NCBI GenBank assembly: GCA_043820285.1
Contig: JBDRDX010000017.1
Location: forward strand, 4,510-68,509
Length of the DNA stretch: 64,000 bases
Source: Patescibacteria group bacterium
Lineage (GTDB): Bacteria; Patescibacteriota; Gracilibacteria; UBA1369; JAHKBB01
Direction: 5' to 3'
This document shows positions 58,233 to 64,000 of this stretch, piece after piece. A program made the translations under genes and the position numbers. The number at the start of each line of letters is the position of its first letter. Position 1 is the first letter of the stretch. The notes below the pieces were generated by a model. It was not told the origin of the DNA. It saw only the letters and a list, made by a program, of their open reading frames with translations, and made no database searches.

Positions 58233-60887
58233 GTGCCTAAAAAAGACAAAAATGATAATCCGGAACAGGAGAACAATCCCGAAGAAGAGAATGAACAACA
58301 GGAACTGTTTGGTGATGAGCCGGGAAATATAGACGAAGAAGCTGAAAAAATCGACGAGAAAATTGAGGAAACTACAAAAGAAATAGCAACGGATAGAAAC
58401 CATAAGGATATTTCAGACGAAATGGAATCATGCTACCTGGACTATGCGATGAGCGTGATCGTTTCGCGTGCGCTTCCAGATGTAAGAGATGGTATGAAAC
58501 CGGTTCACAGAAGGATTTTGTATGCAATGCACGATATGGGGCTTCGTTTCAGCGCATCATTCCGAAAATCAGCGGCCGTAGTCGGTGAAGTACTCGGCAA
58601 ATATCACCCACACGGCGATTCCGCGGTATATGACTCAATGGTTAGAATGGCACAGGAGTTCTCAATGAGATATGAGCTCATACGCGGACAAGGCAACTTT
58701 GGATCGATTGACGGAGACAATGCGGCGGCAATGCGTTATACAGAAGCAAAACTGGAAAAGATTTCAGATGAAATGCTCGCCGACATCGACAAAGAAACAG
58801 TTCCTTGGGCTCCAAACTACGATGGGAAGTTCAAGGAACCAAAAGTCCTTCCGGCAAGGATTCCACAACTCCTATTGAATGGAACCACGGGTATCGCCGT
58901 GGGAATGGCCACATCCATTCCCCCGCACAATCTGGGAGAAGTTGTAGACGGGCTTATGTATTTGTCTGAAAACAAGGAGACAACCATCGACGACTTGTTG
59001 AAAATAATAAAAGGACCCGACTTCCCAACGGGAGGAATTTTGTACAACAGAGAAGATATCCGCGAAGCATACACAACAGGGCGCGGAGGCATGGTGACAC
59101 GTGCAAAAGCGGAGATTGAAGAAAGAAAGAATGGAAAATTCGCGATCATTGTCACGGAAATCCCATACCAAGTAAATAAATCCACATTGATCTCGAAAAT
59201 GGCAGATTTGGTTCGCGACAAAAAGGTTAATGGAATTTCAGACATCAGAGACGAATCAAACAGAGAAGGAATCCGCGTTGTTATTGAACTCAAAAAAGAT
59301 TCATATCCAAAGAAAATCTTAAATCAATTGTTCAAATACACTCAACTGCAAACATCGTTCAACATGAACATGATCGCACTCGTTGATGGTATCCAGCCAC
59401 GACTTTTGGACCTCAAGCAGGTTCTGGAAAAATTCATTGAACACAGAATTACAGTCATCACGAATAGAACTAATCACGAATTGAAAGTTGCGAAAGAAAG
59501 AGCTCACATTCTCGAGGGATTAACAAAAGCATTAAAAAATATTGATGCCGTAATCGAAACAATCAAGAAATCAAAAGACAAAGACGACGCACAAGCCTCA
59601 TTGATCAAAAAATTCAAGCTCACAGAAATTCAAGCGGGTGCGATTCTCGAGATGAGACTCCAAACACTTGCGGGACTTGAAAGAAAGAAAATTGAGGACG
59701 AATACAAGGAGAAATTGGCATTAATCACAAAATTGGAAGAAATCTTAAAGAGCCCGGCAAAGATCAAGAAAATCATGACACATGAATTTGCGGAGATTAA
59801 GGAAAAATACAACGACCCAAGAAGAACAAAGATCATCGCTACGGGCCTCGGAAAATTCTCCAGCTTGGACACAATTCCAAACGAGCCAATGGTAATGATG
59901 ATCACTAAGGAAAATTACGTCAAGCGCGTAAGTCCAATTTCATTCAAGACTCAAAAACGTGGCGGAAAAGGAGTGATTGGACTAACAACGAAGGAAGAAG
60001 ACGAAATCAAGATCAGTAGATATGCAATGACCCATGACAACGCATTATTCTTCACAAATCAGGGACGAGTGTTCAAGCTTCCTGTATATGAAATCCCTCA
60101 GGCGTCAAGGACTGCAAAGGGACAAGCAATCGTAAATCTATTACAACTGCGCAACGAAGAAACAATAACGGCCATGCTGATCGAAAGCAAAGACCAGGAA
60201 ACGAAGAGAGATCACCTGTTCATGGCAACAAAGAAAGGAACAGTGAAGAAGACCTCTATAGAAGATTTTGATAATGTAAGAAAAAGCGGACTTATAGCAA
60301 TAAAACTTAGAGACGGGGATTCTCTCGAATGGGTCCGGGATGCATCAGAAAGTGACGAAGTAGTAATTATCACGAGAAACGGACAAAGCGTCAGATTCCA
60401 GGGAAAAGACGTTCGCCCAATGGGACGACCATCCATCGGAGTTCGCGGAATCAGATTAAAAGACAAAGATGAAGTCGTGGAAATGGACGTGGTAGCGAAT
60501 CCGGAAGAAGCAAGACTTCTCGTAGTAATGAGAAATGGCCTCGGAAAATGTACAAGAATCGACAAGTATAGAATGCAATCTCGCGGCGGATCCGGAACAA
60601 AAACGGCAAATATAACAGAAAAAACAGGTAAAGTTGTTGGAGCCAGAATACTTCGCGACTCAGACGAGGGAGATCTAATGCTAATATCAAAGAAAGGCCA
60701 ATTAATAAGACTACCGATCCAAAATATTCCGACTCAAGGAAGATCAACTCAGGGCGTATACTTGATGCGTCTCAACAAAGGAGATATAGTGGGATCGATT
60801 TCCATTCTTTACTTATTTGAGGCCAAAGAGGAGAAACCAAAAGAAGAAGAACCGAAAATGAAAGCAAAGACGAAAGTAAAAGCTTAA
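58233..60887 (+). CDS. gyrA: DNA gyrase subunit A
   Basis: 884 aa. It has [24 protein letters not shown], the HPHGD QRDR-type region, AAMRYTE (catalytic Tyr) and a C-terminal beta-pinwheel. It starts at a GTG and has an acidic/basic N-terminal extension. Confidence 0.95.
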   Translation: MPKKDKNDNPEQENNPEEENEQQELFGDEPGNIDEEAEKIDEKIEETTKEIATDRNHKDISDEMESCYLDYAMSVIVSRALPDVRDGMKPVHRRILYAMHDMGLRFSASFRKSAAVVGEVLGKYHPHGDSAVYDSMVRMAQEFSMRYELIRGQGNFGSIDGDNAAAMRYTEAKLEKISDEMLADIDKETVPWAPNYDGKFKEPKVLPARIPQLLLNGTTGIAVGMATSIPPHNLGEVVDGLMYLSENKETTIDDLLKIIKGPDFPTGGILYNREDIREAYTTGRGGMVTRAKAEIEERKNGKFAIIVTEIPYQVNKSTLISKMADLVRDKKVNGISDIRDESNREGIRVVIELKKDSYPKKILNQLFKYTQLQTSFNMNMIALVDGIQPRLLDLKQVLEKFIEHRITVITNRTNHELKVAKERAHILEGLTKALKNIDAVIETIKKSKDKDDAQASLIKKFKLTEIQAGAILEMRLQTLAGLERKKIEDEYKEKLALITKLEEILKSPAKIKKIMTHEFAEIKEKYNDPRRTKIIATGLGKFSSLDTIPNEPMVMMITKENYVKRVSPISFKTQKRGGKGVIGLTTKEEDEIKISRYAMTHDNALFFTNQGRVFKLPVYEIPQASRTAKGQAIVNLLQLRNEETITAMLIESKDQETKRDHLFMATKKGTVKKTSIEDFDNVRKSGLIAIKLRDGDSLEWVRDASESDEVVIITRNGQSVRFQGKDVRPMGRPSIGVRGIRLKDKDEVVEMDVVANPEEARLLVVMRNGLGKCTRIDKYRMQSRGGSGTKTANITEKTGKVVGARILRDSDEGDLMLISKKGQLIRLPIQNIPTQGRSTQGVYLMRLNKGDIVGSISILYLFEAKEEKPKEEEPKMKAKTKVKA

Positions 60888-60893
60888 ACTTCT

Positions 60894-62129
60894 ATGAAAA
60901 AGTTGGTTATAATAGTTGCGGCAGTCATGATGCTGGCAATCCCCGGCACGGTGTTCGCTGACCTTTCAATAAATCCAAATGCGGTAAGGCTGTCAAATTC
61001 ATACATCCTTGAAGGAAGAAGCGTCAGAATATACGCAACTTCGGCCAACAGCAGCACAAACGACCTGCTCGGAACAGTGAAATTCATCAACAACACAACA
61101 GGCCAACAGATTGGAACAGACCAACCAATCTCGGTATTTGCAGAAAAGACGGATGACGTATTTGTTGACTGGATTCCTTACGTCTACGGAACATATAACA
61201 TATCCATCAAATTGGTTCCATGGGATATAGAAATAGATGATCCTTCAAACAACACAGCCTCAATTTCAGCGACAGTACACCAGGATACTGACAAAGATGG
61301 TATAGCAAACTCGGAAGATCCGGATGATGATGGAGACGGCGTCGAAGACGGAGAAGATTCATTTCCACTAGACGGAAATGAATGGGAAGATACAGACGGA
61401 GACAACACAGGCAACAACGCAGACACAGACGATGACAACGATGGGCGCTTGGACGACGAAGACGCGCTGCCATTTGATCCAATGGAATGGGAGGATACAG
61501 ACGGAGACGGAATCGGTAATAATGCGGATGACGATGATGATGGAGACGGCGTGAAGGATGCCTCAGAAAAAAGTTCGGGAACAGATCCGCTCTTAAGCGA
61601 TTCGGATGGAGACGGCGTGCAGGACGGAGATGATCCATTTCCAACAAATAAAAATGAGTGGGAAGATACAGACAACGACGGAACCGGAGACAACACAGAC
61701 ACAGATGATGATGACGACGGCATAGCGGATTCAGACGATTTCAATTCAAAAAATAAAGGACCCCTTATAGTACTGAAGAACAAACCAAATTTTGTACCGG
61801 TAAACTCCCCTACCACTTTTGACGCTTCAAGTTCATTTGATGAGGATGGAAAGATTGTAAATTTCGAATGGATTGTAGATGGCGAACGGCGTTCCGGAGA
61901 GAAGATAGAGAAAACTTTTGAAAAAGGCTCTCACAACATAAAACTCGTGGTAACAGACGATAAAGGAGAGACCAGAAGCAAAGAATTTACAGTAACCGCA
62001 ATAAACTATCAGACATACTTGTATTTCCTCCTATTACTAATAGTAATTTCCCTTGCGTTTATAATCCTTTTCAATTATATTGGGCTGGCAAAAAAATCTA
62101 AGAACAGACCAAAGAGGACAAAGTCCTAA
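60894..62129 (+). CDS. Surface protein with thrombospondin type-3-like calcium-binding repeats, a PKD domain and a C-terminal TM anchor
   Basis: 411 aa. A signal peptide is followed by three copies of the unit FP.D.NEWEDTD.DG.G.N.DTDDD.DG. Then come a PKD-like module ([18 protein letters not shown]...VTDDKGE) and a terminal TM helix with a basic tail. Confidence 0.65.
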   Translation: MKKLVIIVAAVMMLAIPGTVFADLSINPNAVRLSNSYILEGRSVRIYATSANSSTNDLLGTVKFINNTTGQQIGTDQPISVFAEKTDDVFVDWIPYVYGTYNISIKLVPWDIEIDDPSNNTASISATVHQDTDKDGIANSEDPDDDGDGVEDGEDSFPLDGNEWEDTDGDNTGNNADTDDDNDGRLDDEDALPFDPMEWEDTDGDGIGNNADDDDDGDGVKDASEKSSGTDPLLSDSDGDGVQDGDDPFPTNKNEWEDTDNDGTGDNTDTDDDDDGIADSDDFNSKNKGPLIVLKNKPNFVPVNSPTTFDASSSFDEDGKIVNFEWIVDGERRSGEKIEKTFEKGSHNIKLVVTDDKGETRSKEFTVTAINYQTYLYFLLLLIVISLAFIILFNYIGLAKKSKNRPKRTKS

Positions 62130-62152
62130 TTTGGTCCCAACTACTAACAAGG

Positions 62153-62413
62153 ATGAAATCAGGAATACACCCACAATATGACGGCAATGCAGTAATTACT
62201 TGCGCCTGCGGCGCTAAGTTTAAAGCTGGATCAACCACAAAAGATCTGAAAACAGAGCTTTGTTCCGCATGTCACCCATTCTACACAGGTAAACAAAAAC
62301 TTGTAGACAGTACCGGACAAGTAGACAAGTTCAAGAAGAAAATGGAAAAAGCAAAAGCATATCAAGACAGAAACAAGCCAAAGAAAGTGGAAAAAGAGGA
62401 AGAATCTTCATAA
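62153..62413 (+). CDS. rpmE: 50S ribosomal protein L31
   Basis: 86 aa. It has MKSGIHPQY and a CxC...CSxCHPFYTG zinc motif. Confidence 0.9.
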   Translation: MKSGIHPQYDGNAVITCACGAKFKAGSTTKDLKTELCSACHPFYTGKQKLVDSTGQVDKFKKKMEKAKAYQDRNKPKKVEKEEESS

Positions 62414-62423
62414 AAATATTCAG

Positions 62424-63356
62424 ATGCCGGGTAATACATTTGGCCACACATTCAGAATAACCACATGGGGCGAATCTCATGGGAAAGCACTGGGAGTTGT
62501 TATTGATGGCTGTCCAAGTAAAATCAAACTTTCAGAAAGCGACATTCAAAAAGAGGTCAATAAAAGAAAATCGAAGTCTGCGAAAGTAAGTACACCGAGA
62601 AAAGAAACTGACAAAGTTGTTATTTTGTCAGGCGTTTTTGAGGGGAAAACGACCGGAACCCCTATCTCTATACTAATAGAGAACAAGGACGCAAGATCAA
62701 AAGATTACACCCACCTCAAAAACGCATTCCGAGAAGGTCATGCGGACAAAACATATCAACTCAAGTACGGAATAAGAGATTATCGAGGCGGAGGCAGAGC
62801 TTCCGGACGAGAAACCGTTTCTCGAGTTATAGCGGGAGCAATCGCAAAAAAGATCCTGCCAAAGAATGTAAAAATAACGGGAGAAATCACGCAAGTCGGT
62901 AAACTAAGGAAATCGAACATCACTATAAAAGATATTGGGAAATATATAGAGGAAGAGAAACTAAGCAAAAATTCATGTGGTGGAGTTGTTGAAATTACTG
63001 TAAAAAATCCTCCAGCGGGACTCGGCGAACCTGTATTTGATAAATTGGATGCGGAACTCGCAAAAGCTTTAATGTCTATCGGAGCCGTAAAGGGAGTGGA
63101 AATTGGAGCCGGATTCCGCGCGGCCGAGATGAAGGGATCAGAAAATGTAAAAGTCGGTGAAAATCATGCGGGCGGGATTTTAGGAGGAATTTCAGACGGG
63201 AATGACATAAAAATAAGGATTGCTGTTAAACCAACGCCGAGCATTGGAGGCAAAGGACGCCATGACAAATGTATCGTTCCAAGAATAGTTATCGTAGCGG
63301 AAGCAATGACTGCAATTGTCCTCGCAGACCACCTCTTAAGGAATCAAACCTATTAA
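62424..63356 (+). CDS. aroC: Chorismate synthase, unusually short
   Basis: 310 aa. It has FRITTWGESHG, RPGHAD-like (REGHAD), GGGRASGRET and GGISDG. Confidence 0.85.
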   Translation: MPGNTFGHTFRITTWGESHGKALGVVIDGCPSKIKLSESDIQKEVNKRKSKSAKVSTPRKETDKVVILSGVFEGKTTGTPISILIENKDARSKDYTHLKNAFREGHADKTYQLKYGIRDYRGGGRASGRETVSRVIAGAIAKKILPKNVKITGEITQVGKLRKSNITIKDIGKYIEEEKLSKNSCGGVVEITVKNPPAGLGEPVFDKLDAELAKALMSIGAVKGVEIGAGFRAAEMKGSENVKVGENHAGGILGGISDGNDIKIRIAVKPTPSIGGKGRHDKCIVPRIVIVAEAMTAIVLADHLLRNQTY

Positions 63357-63478
63357 AGACTATCCAATAATTAAAAAAGTTCGCAACTTAATAGATTGCA
63401 TGAAGTTTGACAAGATTCTACCCAAAGTTATAATTAAAACCAACAGAGGGAAAATAATTAAAAATTAACCTAAATACA

Positions 63479-63667
63479 ATGCTCAAAAAGCTTGCAGGCC
63501 TTCTAGCTATCGGTGGACTGCTAACAGTTCTATTCGCAGGATGCGTAGACACTGGTGTAGTCGAAGAAGAAGCTACAGAAGAAGCAGTAGTTGAAGAAGT
63601 TATGGAAGAAGAAGTTGCTGAAGAAGCAGTTGCTGAAGAAGTTATGGAAGAAGAAGCCGCTGAATAA
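63479..63667 (+). CDS. Small acidic lipoprotein with an E/V/A-rich repeat
   Basis: 62 aa. A signal peptide and lipobox-like FAGC are followed by (EEA/EEV)n low complexity. A terminator follows the gene. Confidence 0.45.
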   Translation: MLKKLAGLLAIGGLLTVLFAGCVDTGVVEEEATEEAVVEEVMEEEVAEEAVAEEVMEEEAAE

Positions 63668-63687
63668 TTCGCTTCAACCAAAGAGAG

Positions 63688-63726
63688 AAGGCTCCCATAT
63701 GTTTTCGTGTGGAGCCTTTTTTTGTT
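63688..63726 (+). terminator. Intrinsic terminator
   Basis: aaggctcc...ggagcctt stem followed by tttttt. Confidence 0.5.
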
Positions 63727-63728
63727 AA

Positions 63729-64000
<272 letters not shown>

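Overview
AT-rich, gene-dense bacterial window with short or overlapping gene junctions (many ATGA stop/start overlaps) and standard stop-codon use. By eye it fits a streamlined CPR/Patescibacteria-like genome, but that placement is inference only. From left to right:

- **his operon:** hisD' (5' truncated), hisC, hisB, hisH, a fused hisA-hisF, and hisIE.
- **T4SS-like pair:** a PrgI-like gene and a gene resembling the VirB4 N-terminal domain.
- **5S and 23S rRNA (minus strand):** the 23S is about 5.4 kb because it carries three ORF-bearing group I introns.
- **Accessory stretch:** an M15/VanY-type peptidase plus a small membrane protein, a methyltransferase, tRNA-Ile(GAU), and a Tyr/Asn-rich secreted protein.
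- **trp operon (minus strand):** trpE, trpG, a triple-fused trpD-C-F, trpB and trpA, preceded by a TrpR-like YerC/YecD gene.
- **tRNA-Ala(UGC) and 16S rRNA:** the 16S carries a fourth group I intron.
- **Housekeeping and envelope genes:** clpP, rimK, lipoproteins, tRNA-Cys and tRNA-Leu, a collapsed efflux-pump remnant, SLH-domain surface proteins, and tRNA-Ala(GGC).
- **Helicase locus:** an SF2 helicase with four C-terminal HhH-like modules, then tRNA-Lys.
- **Repair and shikimate genes:** radA, tatD, and a shikimate cluster (aroF, aroB, aroA, an MFS transporter, aroK).
- **Remaining genes:** U32 peptidase, nadB, prfA, prmC, rpsU, gyrB, a large FecR-like protein, an SLH-S41 protease, a VirB4-like ATPase with a GGDEF cyclase, gyrA, a TSP3/PKD surface protein, rpmE, aroC and tgt' (3' truncated).

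I found no CRISPR array, transposase or integrase, and no clear-cut novel multi-gene system. The most unusual signals that the sequence itself supports are:

- The intron-laden rRNA genes, with 16S physically unlinked from 23S-5S.
- The way the homing-endonuclease ORFs are threaded through the ribozyme core elements.
- The rare HisA-HisF and TrpD-C-F fusions.
- The tRNA-flanked helicase-HhH gene.
- The peptidase plus small-membrane-protein pair directly upstream of 23S.
- The dispersed T4SS-like genes, one of which is adjacent to a GGDEF cyclase.
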